From positions 3,596,001 through 3,660,000 of the forward strand of contig JBNJNM010000011.1 of assembly GCA_052426225.1 (NCBI GenBank): a stretch of 64,000 nt of DNA, written 5' to 3'. This stretch comes from Zancudomyces culisetae HAW-14-8 (taxonomy: Eukaryota; Fungi; Kickxellomycota). The first letter of the stretch is position 1; each line of letters begins with the position of its first letter. The notes under the pieces were generated by a model. That model made no database searches. It worked only from the letters and a program-made list of their open reading frames with translations, and had not been told where the DNA came from. Position numbers and translations under genes: made by a program. This document shows positions 12,208 through 24,647 of the stretch, piece by piece.

Positions 12208-14007
12208 TGAATTTTTCTGCTTTCAATATGTATAGTTAATCTTGGGCTTACTTTCAGGATAAAGTCTGTTTGTTGCTTCTGAATCTTACGCACGCTCTTG
12301 GGAGTGTAAAGAGCACCGGAGTTATTTAGTAACAAAATAAAATAAAGTAAAATAAGCTTATTATACACTCAAGGGTTGAGTATAGATCGTTTGAAGCATT
12401 TATAAAGCAGTATTGGTATTTTATTTCCCAAGAATGTGAATTTGAAGCTCGACAGTAAGGTACAGCCGATATCCTTTATTAGGGTTGCTTTGAACAAATG
12501 TGTTGGTTCGTCATGCACTTTTTTATTTCCTTTTCTTTTTTAATGTTTGGATGCACTATACAACAGCCGTCAGTTGTACATAAGTATTGATATGTTTCAT
12601 CTTCAATCAGAAAGGGCATTGATCAGCTTTACTTTTTGTGGTTTGAATGTATAAAGAGTTAAAAGCCGAGACATTGCACGCTCGTGTTATAAATAGTAGT
12701 TGACAAGTGCACATATGCTCAAGTGGCTCTACCAAGAATGGATCAAGTGTATAAACTGATTTTGTAAGCCACTCTCCCTTGACAGCGAAAAATCCAGCTT
12801 TTACTTTTTCACATTCTGCTCATGTCAGTTGTTGGTTGTGAAAGGAGAAGGCTACCAACTTTTTATTGTGATGCAAACCTGAAAATTGAACTTAAAAACA
12901 TATGCTAAAACGTGAAAAAGTAGAACTGTCTTTTCATTGGAGTGTGATTATTTATTTGCAAATCCAAAATAAATTTTTCGCTGATATTTCCCAGTATCTG
13001 GATAGTAGGGTTAAGAAATAAAAGTAAGGTTAAAAGTAAGGTTAAAACCATATACTTGTAAAATTCTTTCATTTTGCTCTTTAGAACACAATTAAAAACA
13101 AAAATTCATACAATTAACAAATCAAAATAGGAATTTGGCAATACCATGGGATGAAACCCCCCCTCCCCTTTGAACTAGCATTTTTAGTGTGTTTGTAGTT
13201 CCTAGTGGAAGAATCGATAGATGAATATTATGTAGACTTTATCTTTTTGATGTTATACGTTGTATTTCCTTTATGAATTTACCACGTCAAAAAAAATAAT
13301 AGAATGAAACTCCAGTCTTTTCGGAAATGCATACATTAAAAAGCAAATCCTGTGGAAATTACACTTAATTTGCAACAAAACCAATCTAAATAGGTAAATT
13401 GTAAGCACTAATATCCATTGTTGACGATTTTGCAATTTTTCTTTCCACCATTTAATTAGCCGTACTATGTGGCATGAAAACAAGAATCAAGAAAAAAATA
13501 ATAATAGGGACAAACAAACACACGAGGGCTCAGGGCTTCATATCTAAATCCTGTCAAAATTCATTAAAAAAATCAAAAAAATTTTTTTGTGATTTTAGCT
13601 CGTTTTTATCCCACTTGACGATGACTGTCCGTATGGGCTCAGGTAACTCCGTGTTCCACAATTGGCTCCTTGGGCAAATGAGATTTCACGTTCAAGGTAA
13701 TAAAAAGCAAAAACAAAAACAAAAGTGAAAGTGAAAATGAAAGTGAAAATAAAAATGAAAATAAACAAAAACAAAAACAAAAAAGCAGAAAAATTTTTTC
13801 TAAAGAAAAACAAGGCCAATAATATTGACCTATTACAGTTATTGATAACATGAAACTCATAAGGGGAAAAGCGTGGAGTATAAAGGATCCAAAATAAAAT
13901 ATATCGTGGCTTGTATTGTTTTTTTTTCTTTTGAAGATCCGTGGGTTCATCGAGCTATACCGTACGAACACTAAACACAGCTACTATTGATTACTCAAGT
14001 TTGGAAG

Positions 14008-14880
14008 ATGGAGCAGAACATTCTTAGTCCGGATTTTTGGCTCAAGCGATTCACCGGGTTATTTGGGTACAATCCCAGTGAATTTGCCTATGTTTCAGGA
14101 AAGACCTTTCTTTCGACAAACAGGGAAGTGTTTGCAGGTTGTGTGTTATATCTATCGATAATCTTTGGAGGAAAGTATGTAATGCGAAACCAAAAGGCGT
14201 TTGAATTGAAGGCCTTTTCTCAACTTCACAACATATTCCTATCGATTATTTCAGGATTGCTTCTGATTTTGTTTGCAGAGCAACTAGTTCCGATGCTATA
14301 TACAAACGGACTTTTTTATGCTATTTGCGATGAAAATGCGTGGAACAAACCCCTAGAGTTTCTTTACTATGTCAACTATCTAATTAAATGGTTTGAGTTC
14401 GTTGACACTTTTCTGCTGGTTTTGAAGAAAAAGAAAACACCATTCCTACATGTCTATCATCACTCGGCTACCATGTTTCTATGCTACACCCAGCTCGAAG
14501 GCACCCCCTCCGTTTCCTGGCTTCCCATCACAATCAACCTTTTCGTTCATGTAATTATGTACTATTACTATTATCTCACTGGCAAGGGAATTAAAGTCTG
14601 GTGGAAGAAAATGGTTACTGTAATTCAAATCGCACAATTTGTGATCGATCTGACCTTCGTGTACTTTTGCTCATCTATCCTTCTCTTTAGCTACCTGGGG
14701 TATGAAAATAGGCCCTACAAGTACTGTCGTGGGTCAAAGGACGCTGCAATCGCGGGATGTCTTATATTGTCGTCATATCTCCTCTTGTTTGTAAAATTCT
14801 TTTTCGACACTTACAAAAAAATCAAAAGTCCTGATGCCTCCACAAAGAAGAAAGCTTCACCTCAATCTCAGAAACAATAA
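14008..14880 (+). CDS. GNS1/SUR4 (ELO) fatty acid elongase, intronless
   Basis: KWFEFVDTFLLVLKKK, His box FLHVYHH, NLFVHVIMYYYY, WWKKMVTVIQIAQF; several TM helices. First ATG at 14008. Confidence 0.93.
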   Translation: MEQNILSPDFWLKRFTGLFGYNPSEFAYVSGKTFLSTNREVFAGCVLYLSIIFGGKYVMRNQKAFELKAFSQLHNIFLSIISGLLLILFAEQLVPMLYTNGLFYAICDENAWNKPLEFLYYVNYLIKWFEFVDTFLLVLKKKKTPFLHVYHHSATMFLCYTQLEGTPSVSWLPITINLFVHVIMYYYYYLTGKGIKVWWKKMVTVIQIAQFVIDLTFVYFCSSILLFSYLGYENRPYKYCRGSKDAAIAGCLILSSYLLLFVKFFFDTYKKIKSPDASTKKKASPQSQKQ

Positions 14881-15604
14881 ATGCAGCGTTCTTCGGAGTA
14901 TACCGTTCAAAATATCTGGTATTTTTATTTATGCTTCACAGTATGATAAAACAACTAACATAGTATAGCATAATATAGCATATATCAGTTTTCCTTTATT
15001 TCTATTTATGATTACAGATTACACGTGGTTGTTTATTTTTTTATTGTAACGAAGTAGAGCCTATAATTATTTTTTTATTTAGCCGTTTCGTAATGGAGCA
15101 AAAATAAACTATAGTTTTATTAACATAGCCTTGAAGCACAGGATTGATTCTTGATGAATTTGGTAGTATAAGTAAGACAGATTCCATGTAGACAAGAAAT
15201 ACATCCTAGATTTCAGCCGAGTTGTGACTTTAAAAAATGGACATTATATCACACACATCGCCTTCTTTTGTCCTTTAAACGTAAATATAGATACCAAAAC
15301 CAAAACCAAAACTAAAGGGCGAGTTGCTTTTTGTGTTTTGCAATAAGATAGCGAAAAACCGAATAGAGTGGATTGCAGCATATATTAAACACACAGACCT
15401 CACACCATACTCTGGTGAAGGTGCTTTTGAGAACAACCATTGGCAAATTGGTATAAAATACAGCTTTATTCCTTAATTAGAGGTGAACCAATACAACCAA
15501 ATCTATATCTGCTTTCCAACCTCCTAGAGTAGCTTAGAAGCTTATTGCGTTTATTTTTGTATACACTCAAAAAAAAAAGAGAGTAAAAGATTGTGAAACT
15601 TGCG

Positions 15605-18600
15605 TTATCTTGCTGAAGCACATCCATCAGATCTAGGATCACTACCAACCGCGAGAATAATGCTGTCTTCGCAAGCTGAACCTACGGAATCCCCAGTATT
15701 GAGGGGTTGCTCCGCGTGCTTTTTCGACTGAGAGCTTGACCTAATGATCACCTGACCTCTGCCAAACACAGCCCTCTCGTATGATTTTTTTACGATAATA
15801 TTGTGTCCCTTTCTCTTTAACGCACTTTCGACCGCTTCAATGCTGTCTATCCCATCCTCGATAAACACAATGTCTTCAAACACATCAATACAGAATCTCG
15901 GTTGATCTAACGAGCGTTGAGGATCCATCCCAAAGTGCAGAAGATTCAGCAAAACCTGCAAGTGACCCTGTGGCTGCATGTACCCTCCCATGACTACAAT
16001 AGTGTTATTATAAGGTTATGGTGGGTATAGTTTTTATGCATGATATCGCGGTTTATTTGTGCCAGTTGCAAATATATCAAAAGATAAATAAAAATAACGC
16101 CCAAACTTTATGCATTTGTTTACCTCCAAATACGGCATGCAACTCGTCGTTTTTAGTTATCATTGATGGGATAATTGTGTGGTAGGGTCTTTTTTCTGGC
16201 TGGTATAAGTTGTATCCCTGTGTATTCAATGAAAACCCACATCCCCTGTTTTGGAGCGTGAACCCACATCCCTTTGGAATAATACCCTACAAAAAACCAT
16301 GATGCTTGTAAGTTAAAATTGCCTCTCTTTTGTATACCATAATATTTATTGTGCTAGATAGAAATGGTCAGAAATATTCAATAAGGTACTTACCGACTAA
16401 ACATAGAAATAAAATTGGCAATTAAATGTGTTAATAGAAGGATAACCGAGTATGTTTTATAACAAATATAACATCATGAAATGGTAAATAAAGGATTTGT
16501 TTACCCCAAATGAGTGGAAGGTTGAATTCTACGTTTATAACCATACAACTCATTAATAAACGTTTTTTAATATTAAAAACACACTTGAACAACCAATCAT
16601 ACCAGTGATATGAATATGTATATCGTATGTAGTAAAACCTTACAATGAAACTACAACCGTTTCCGTCTTGATCGACCACGGAAAAATATACGGTGTCACA
16701 TGAAATAGGAAGCTCGCCGTTAGTAATACATTCGTTTTTAACGTCATGGTTAAATAGATCTGCTCTCGTTTTAAGGTAATCCTATGTGCATATTATTATA
16801 GCGGAAAGCTTGTTGGACATCAAGTTGGATACCAACACTGTATCTTTTAATTTGAAAAGCAACACGGATAAAACGTTACCCTTGATAGCAACAGCTGTGG
16901 ATCTGGAATATGATCCGGATCCGCTACATAGTGAAATGCATCTGCAAACGCAAGCCTTAAGCACTCGATTAGTATGTGGAGGTACTCGGCTGAGTTGTGT
17001 TGGATTTTGCCAATGTCAGGAATTTTTCCATCCTCAACCAAACTATCCAACACTCCCAACGCTTGTAAAGCAACTATCCCTTGGCCGTTTGGTGGGCACT
17101 CATAGACTTTGAACCCATTGTGTTCGTAGTGGATTGGGTCTACAAACGCTGTTTTGTGGTTTTCCAAGTCATCAAGGCACATTTTACCTCCCGCCTCTTG
17201 AATTGCATTTATAATCGCTTCCCCAACAGGACCTTTGTAGAATCCGTCTTTACCATTCTCTACTAATAACCTCAAAGTTCTAGACAGTTTTGGTTGTGTA
17301 TTTGCATATTCACACATATGTTGGTTTTTTGTTAAAATCTCGTATTTAAAACGTTCTCCACAAATGGTAATATTTATATTGATAATTAAAACAAGTACCT
17401 GGCTAAATATGGGTTTTTGAAGAATTCTCCTACTTTAGGCGCTTCGCCATTTATCAAAAGTTCATTGTAGTTGTTTGATGCCGATTTCAGCGTTTCCGCA
17501 GAACTATCCCACTATTTATATTACATTTATCATATTTTAAATCATCACCCGATAGTTACTATTCAAAGTTACAACATTAAAAGTCACTGTACATGATGAG
17601 CAGTAATCTGACTGACAGGGAAGCTAAACGATTAATTAAAATTTAATTAGCCACATTTATTGCTATTTGAATATAAAATATCAGTACTAAACACAAACGT
17701 ACCCATTTTCCCCATAATAGATGGCTGGCTCTAGTATATCTCCGAGAGTAACTCTACCACTTCCAAATCTTTCTACAGTATCTACCCATCCAGCAGCAGC
17801 ACCAGGGACCGTTACGCTGTGGGGACTATCAAGTGGAATCCGCTCCTGATCATCTCCAATGTCGCGCTTAATGTCGTCAAGAGTTAAATTACGCGGGGAT
17901 CTAATACAATTTTTCACGATATATTCTATTTTCCTTTACAATAAAAGTGCGAAGATTGAATTTCGCAAAATACCCAAAATTATCTTTCAACGCCTACCTT
18001 CCTGAGCCGTTCAGTGCTGAAACAGATTTTGTTTTGGCATCGTAAAACAGACAGAAACAATCACCTCCCAATCCAGTTGAAAATGGCTCTATCACACCCA
18101 TAAAATCGAATCACATTAATAGAACGATAATCGGGATAATACAATAAAGCTATGCAATTGCAAATAAAATATACTATAATATAATCTGCAACTGCAACTG
18201 CAATTGCAACATACCCACAACATTAAGGACAGCGGCTATTTTTTTTTCATAATACGGTTAGTCTACTTTATATTTAATACATACACTTGTGCTACTACAT
18301 ATGTCAAAAGTTACAGAATACCTACCTACACCAACAGCTGCATCCTATTAGATGTAATTTTTATTTCAAAATCAAAAGTTACGATATTTCTTGATATATG
18401 TCTTGATGTACAATCGATAATGTTGTACATATATATATATTTATTGATTAGTTAGATATAATAATGATTCTTACTGCTGCATTTCCACCTTTCAGCAGAA
18501 TATCCATACCAGCCTGTGTAGCCAATGGATTGCTACAAATTAGAAATAGTCTTGATATTTATTCGTTTCATTTGCTGGTTTATTGACTCCAGAGTACAAT

Positions 18601-18726
18601 ATAAATAAAATAAATAAACTTGAAGTGAAACATAAAAACTGGTGTTACGTACCTGCTTGCTACAGCGTGCTTAGTACCATAAACTGTAGAACGTCTTGAA
18701 TTAAATTCCAAAATGTCAGCACTCAT
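15605..18726 (-). CDS. Gamma-glutamyltranspeptidase-family Ntn hydrolase (soluble, YwrD-like); 14 exons including 3-, 19-, 21-, 24- and 31-nt exons
   Basis: [73 protein letters not shown], catalytic [47 protein letters not shown]. Confidence 0.92.
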
Positions 18727-19799
18727 TGTACCTGTCTTTATTTATGTCTGATATTCCTCTCTTCTAGTTGCTTTTAGCTTTTAAATGGTGTCTTGCTCAA
18801 TCCCAATGTTTTATGTTCAACTATTTTTTTGAAGACATCCTTTAATGGTTTTATATATCCGTAAAGCAAGCACATGCTTATGAAATGGGCTTTGCTGCCA
18901 CTGATTATCTGTGCTTAATCTTGTTATATGAAACATTTCAGCGTTTTTTTATCCTCATTCACTATTGGTTTGGCCCCCCCAGACGCTTTCCTGATTTTTC
19001 TTTGATGAATACCAACAGTTTTAGGATCTCTGATGAAATAAGTGTACATTTTATTGGCCAGCAATCTGTGCAGAATTATCATTGTGAACTTTGAAATCTA
19101 GCTTTTTCCCCCCTCTTCCTTTCCTCTTCCAAGCTCCTGAATATTCTCCTCATATACAACTCTCAAACCCAGTACAGTGATTAATGGAGCCGATACTACA
19201 GAAAACAACATGCTTGCCAAATACTTTTCAAAAAAACTATTTTGCTGAAAATGTTTTTGGTCAAATTTGTTGTGAACTGTTCATATTTGAACGCAAAAAA
19301 ACATATATTGGGGGTGAGCTTCAATTAAAACCTCAACACTGTTATACATGGCATTGGAATAGGCGATACTTTTATCAAGCTACTCCCCGACCACAAAGAC
19401 GGAGTTGGCGAACCGCATCTAGTCGAGTTTCTAAGAGCCGTTTTCCTTTTGTTAGCCCAGTTTGGACACAATTTGTTGATGATTCGCTCAATATGCAAGT
19501 GGCATAATTTCAATCACAGCAAATGAAATTCGCCACGCCTATTTCTGTGGTAAATTAAGCATAAATCAGGATATGATTTGCTTTTGTGAACTTGATCGAA
19601 AATAAAATATGCTCTATGAATAGATTTTAAGCTAATCCACTAAAAATAAAAAAGCGTAAAAACGAGTATTTGCCAAATAGGTAGGGTTTTTATTATTCAC
19701 CATTTCACACGTACAGTTTATAACCTTAAAAAAGAAACTTTAGTCTCTTAAATATAACAACACAAGTAAAATATAGACTCGACCTAAGATTCTAAAAAA

Positions 19800-21088
19800 A
19801 TGAAGGGGTTCAACACACTTTATGCTATATTTCTAGGGCTGTTTGCTTGCAGCCTTGTCAACTGTAAGTCTTTACCCCCTATTGGAGGGTTTGAGATATA
19901 CTCTAGCTGAGCCTAGGCGCAAGAGTGTGCGTAAAGCTGCTGCGGTTATTATATCATTCTTATAATACTTTTAACAATGTTCGATGAAAAAAAAATAGCT
20001 GCAATAGCTGAATACGGACCCGAGAGGCTCCTACAGTATGCACCAGACGTCGAAATCCAACTGGTAGTGGTTAAAGGTGCACCATTTAAACGTAAGCCCA
20101 TCTTTACTATTTTAACGTCCACCTATACTTTTGAAACGAGCGCCAGTATATTTTTTATTATTCTTTTTATTTTAAATTTTGCTCAGTAGCCTTGATGTTA
20201 ATCTTCCCCATCTGTTAATGTGTAGTATTATATGGAAAAAAACAGAAGGTCTTTTTTATTGTTACGAACAAATCGCCACAGTATGTTACCTTTTACAATG
20301 TATATGGAGAAGTAACAGAGCCAAATGACTTCAGTTCAGTCACCCAAAAGGTATTTGATGAGTTCGAAAGTTTATGACTTTAAATAGGCGTTAATCAACA
20401 TATTAAAAAAACCCCTGCTTTTATAAGCGGAAAAAAAAGAAGAGGGACAGGAGAAAAAGGTATCATGCAAGTGATGTTCAGATGGCGTATACTTTGATCT
20501 GTTATATATTTACATAATAGCTCCGCCCCGTAAAACTTGATGTTTTGGTCGAATCTAATAACAAGACATTCATACCATACGACATCAAGCTCAAGAAGTA
20601 TTCTGAAAAAGCCGGAGTAACCGTTTTTCTTGAGTACAAGGATGAGGTAATCAATACAGGACCCAACTATCCTATAAAATCTATATTTATGTATACCAAC
20701 TATGAATGCCTTAACACAGGATATATTCACACGTATGTACAATCATAGAGCGGCGCAAAGTGGAGAAAGGCACCCCTGAACAGAACTGTAGAGGTTCTTA
20801 AGATAGGGGAGGTCTATTCCGTTGGATATAGCGTGTAAGTATGCTGGTTTTTTTTTTTGCCGTATTGTGTATTCATATTTTTATTGATACTACCATTGAC
20901 CATACTTTGCTTTTATTTTTGAACCTCCAGAGATTTAGGGTTGAAATTTACTATTATACAAACTTAGGCTGCTTAATTCAGGATATATACTTGTTTCCAT
21001 TCTTGGTGTTACGGCTCTGCTAACATTTTTAACAAATCACACCAACTCGAGAGCCAACCCTAAAGACAAAGTCAAAAAGAACAACTAG
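19800..21088 (+). CDS. Translocon-associated protein alpha-like (SSR1/Irc22); 6 exons, not captured by the ORF track
   Basis: Signal peptide MKGFNTLYAIFLGLFACSLVNS. Luminal KVFFIVTNKS..ND..LDVLVES...FIPYDI..GVTVFLEYKDESG..LNRTVEV parallels TRAP-alpha (recalled LVGFTNKG..GLVINLNYKD..FNQTVTV). One TM (GYILVSILGVTALLTFL) and tail ending KKNN*. Confidence 0.7.
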
Positions 21089-21724
21089 TTTCACAACAAC
21101 CTCATCTAACCTGAGGAGGGTTTTCGGAAATACAGAGTTTCTGATGAAGATTTTTCTTTATCTGAATGATTATGAATATAGTGTTCTTATTTAGACAAAT
21201 ACTGATATAAACTAAACAGTATTTTAAATAAAACACGATATGTATATTTTTTTGAGACTTTTGACTGACTGTCATACAATAAACTCAAAAGCTACATTTA
21301 CTACTGAGTACTAAATATACTGGCGGGTTTCAAGCACTTTAAAGAATCTTCCCCCCACTCTATTATCTTTTGTTGCGTATTACTTTTATGAAAAACAAGC
21401 CTGTTTTCGCTATAAAAAAAATGGTTGAAACCGCAGTTAAAGGTCGGGGTTAACACCAACTCCCCTCTATTGAGTTTTTTTTTTGTCATCGAAATTAGTG
21501 ATAAAGTTAAATCGTGTTTGAAAGTGTGGGTTTATAATCCAATACCGCATTTAAGTGTAAGTGATAAAAAAAAAGGTTCAAACTATTACATAGATGCAGA
21601 TAGAAAGGGCGATAATAGCAAAGCAAGTCTTATACATACAACACGTTTTCTATTCTTATTCGTTCTTAGGTAGAAAAGAGCACTTAAGCTCTCTGCAATT
21701 ACGCAAAGTAATTCTAATACATTC

Positions 21725-23768
21725 TCAAGTGGCTCTACGACCATGGATAAACTGGGTGTTTTTTAAAACATTATCACTGGTGGTGCTTTTCGCAGAGGTT
21801 AGGTCGCCAGAGAAAGAGTCGAGGCTGGGCTCCACATCTGATCCAGGCTCAGTATGACTCTCTAGAGATTTTCTCAGCATTTCAACCAGCAGCAATGTTA
21901 TTTCATCGAGTTTATACCGAACACTCGAATAGCGTGATGTTTGAATGGCAGCAGAAATGGTCAGTAAATACAACTGCAGAATCTATAGTGGGAATAAAAT
22001 AAATATAGTTAGAGCGTTTATAGATAAAAACTTTGGTGTTGGTACCTTGTAGTTATTCTCAGATGTCGACGAGAGCTCTCTCAGTAGTATATCAATGAGC
22101 ACATAAAAATCGTTTAAAAAAAACAAATCATCGACTCTTTCGCATTGAAATACTCCTGTCAGAAAAATAAGAATTGCTTCTAAAAGAGTTTCTTCAATCT
22201 CTCTATTTAGTAAAAATATTATGTTTGAGATCAGTGTTTTACACTGACTGCCTCTATCAATCAAAAGTAGGATCAACTGTGATACAGGTAGCTTTTTTTG
22301 GTGAAGGTTCTGACTCAAATCCTCAGACGAGCTTCTGAGAAAGCTGGTCAAGTATTTGTGCGGCCTTTTTGCTTTCTCTAATATTTAGAATACCCTTTTT
22401 GTGAGATGTGTGTATGTTGGGTCTTCAGAATGCTAAAGTTAAAAAAAAATCATTGAAAGCATAGAATCCAATCGTGTCAAAAGTAATCAAGAGGATGGAA
22501 TGAATATGTATACTATAAAATTATAAATACCTTTGAACTTTTGACATTGCGAATCCAAGAGAATCTAAATGTATAGTAATCAGCACCATTTAGATATTTT
22601 CTATATGCTTCATATAAGAAAAATTCATCATACCATGAGCTTGGTGGCTTCCAATGTGTAATACTCATATTTGTTGTCTGCAGTTTTTTCAATGTAATCT
22701 ATCAACACATTGAAGAGCTTCGTCTCTGATCCCACTAGTATTCGAATATATTGAGATTTTTAAGAATTGAAATGTATCACGGATGCTTTCTTTTTGCCCC
22801 ACCTTCAGATGTGAGGAGAGCGGGAGTATAAGAATATACAAGTAGCTACGTACATATTTCAATAGATTCTACTCCATAGCTCTGACAAATACTACTGCTT
22901 AGGAATATCGCTGTAAACTGAATGATCGGGTCTATTTTTGATGAATTGTGTGTTTACAACAACTACTGTTCTCTCGAAAATCAAGTAAGTAAAGTGCTAC
23001 AACTTTCACCAACCCTAAAGAGTCAAAAGTTCATTGCTTACCTGTAGCTTTAAGAATAACTTTGCTAAGATGTGGAAACAGGGATTTGTTTTTGCAAAAT
23101 TTGTATGTATTGCTGTCTAACTGCCCCGAAAAAGTTAGCAAACTAAATTCCACCCACAGTTCCTTGGGATAGGGGTACGAATCCTAATTCAGTGTAATAG
23201 TATTAGAAAGTTGCTAATAAAAATCAAAAGTTGGAGGAGTTGATTAATAGACATTTACACAGGATTTCAAGGTGCGCTTTATAATCCAGCTTATAACTTG
23301 TGTACGAAAATTTGTGTATAGCTTCGAATCGAATAAGGTAATACATGTTCTTTCGAATTCTGGGTCCAGCCAAGAGTCATTTTCTGTTTATCCGTTTGTT
23401 CGTATATTATTATATTATTATTATTATTTTAAAAAAAAAGTAAAGTTGGATCAGAAAATAGGAATGTTTGAGTGTATACTCTATGTTTTAGAATGTAATA
23501 AGAATTCCAAAAAAATACCTTGAAAATGAGTGGAAAGAACATTAATGTACCAGTCAACAGCATTTTGGATGTTTAGAAACGAAACTGCCTCATTTCCACT
23601 GAAAATTTCATTGTTGGATATATCTATGTTTGTAATATCTGAGCTTAATTTCGTATCACACAAGAAAAAAAAACAATAAAATGCAGACAGCTAGCTGGGT
23701 CAAAACAAAAAAATATAATTGATCATTCCGTCCTTACCTTCTAGAAAATTTGTATCGAATTCTTTCAT
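21725..23768 (-). CDS. LDB17: Ldb17/Dip1/SPIN90 (WISH/NCKIPSD, DUF2013)-like Arp2/3 activator; multi-exon
   Basis: SNIIFLLNRE..AILIFL..FFLNDFYVLIDILLREL..YLLTISAAIQTSRY..YKLDEI resembles the DUF2013 armadillo region. 5' exons from ATG 23768 join in frame; middle exons and 3' end are less certain. Confidence 0.65.
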
Positions 23769-24618
23769 TTGATATGATATCTTGTTGGCAGCAAACACAT
23801 GAACCTAACGAGATATATTTCTATGTATGTGTATGTATTCAATTTTAACCCACAATGTTTGAGTATTGAAATGGTCATCGCTTATTTGCTCGCCGATTTG
23901 AGTTTTGTGTTGGCATCATTGGTGGTTGTTTTTCGTTGTGATTTTGACATCTATTTTCTTTGTTAAATGTCCATGTGGTGAGGGGGGGGGGGTTGACAAG
24001 GATTATGAGTAGCTAACTATGAATATATGCCGCTTTTTACATTGCACTTTTCTTACAAGAAAGCTTGTTGTTATGGATTTTCGTGTGATGAAACCTTGCC
24101 GCACTTAAAAAAAAAGGGATTAGCAATATCTCTTGGGTAAGTGAAGTTGGGTATGAAGGAATGTAGCATCGTTGAGATTTATTCCGAAAAATAAAAATAC
24201 CAGTAAGGATTATTAGAAATAGTGCCATATTCAATACATCATTGTGTGGTTTGAATTGTGAATTCCAGCTGTTCTTTAATAATAGCAGACTATTAACCGG
24301 CACTGAAAAAGAAAAAGAAAAAGAAAAAGAATCCTTCGTATAATAAAAGGTATACTACTATTGGCGTGTTCATCATGTATATTATGTATGAAACTTGTAC
24401 TTTGAAACATTCATCTAGTATATGTAAAATTAGAAGCCCCAACGTTTTATTTCTAATTATACATGGCAGTCTGTGTTTTATTTTAAGGTGATAAATATAT
24501 CAAAGCCCGAAGAATAGCTAATTAGAGTAACGCAGATGTGTTTTCAAGGGCATTCATCATGCCACAATGGTAAAACTAAGAGATTTAGCAAGCTATTTTT
24601 ATTTACATGTAGTCCAGC

Positions 24619-24647
24619 TATTGCGTTATTGCGTTATTGCGTTATTG
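24619..24647 (+). repeat. (TATTGCGT)n short tandem repeat
   Basis: tattgcgttattgcgttattgcgttattg. Confidence 0.8.

Noticed and set aside
12741-12751. GATCAAGTGTA, matching part of U2 snRNA
   Set aside because: Only 11 nt match; the GTAGTA branch-pairing sequence, 5' stem and Sm site are missing.
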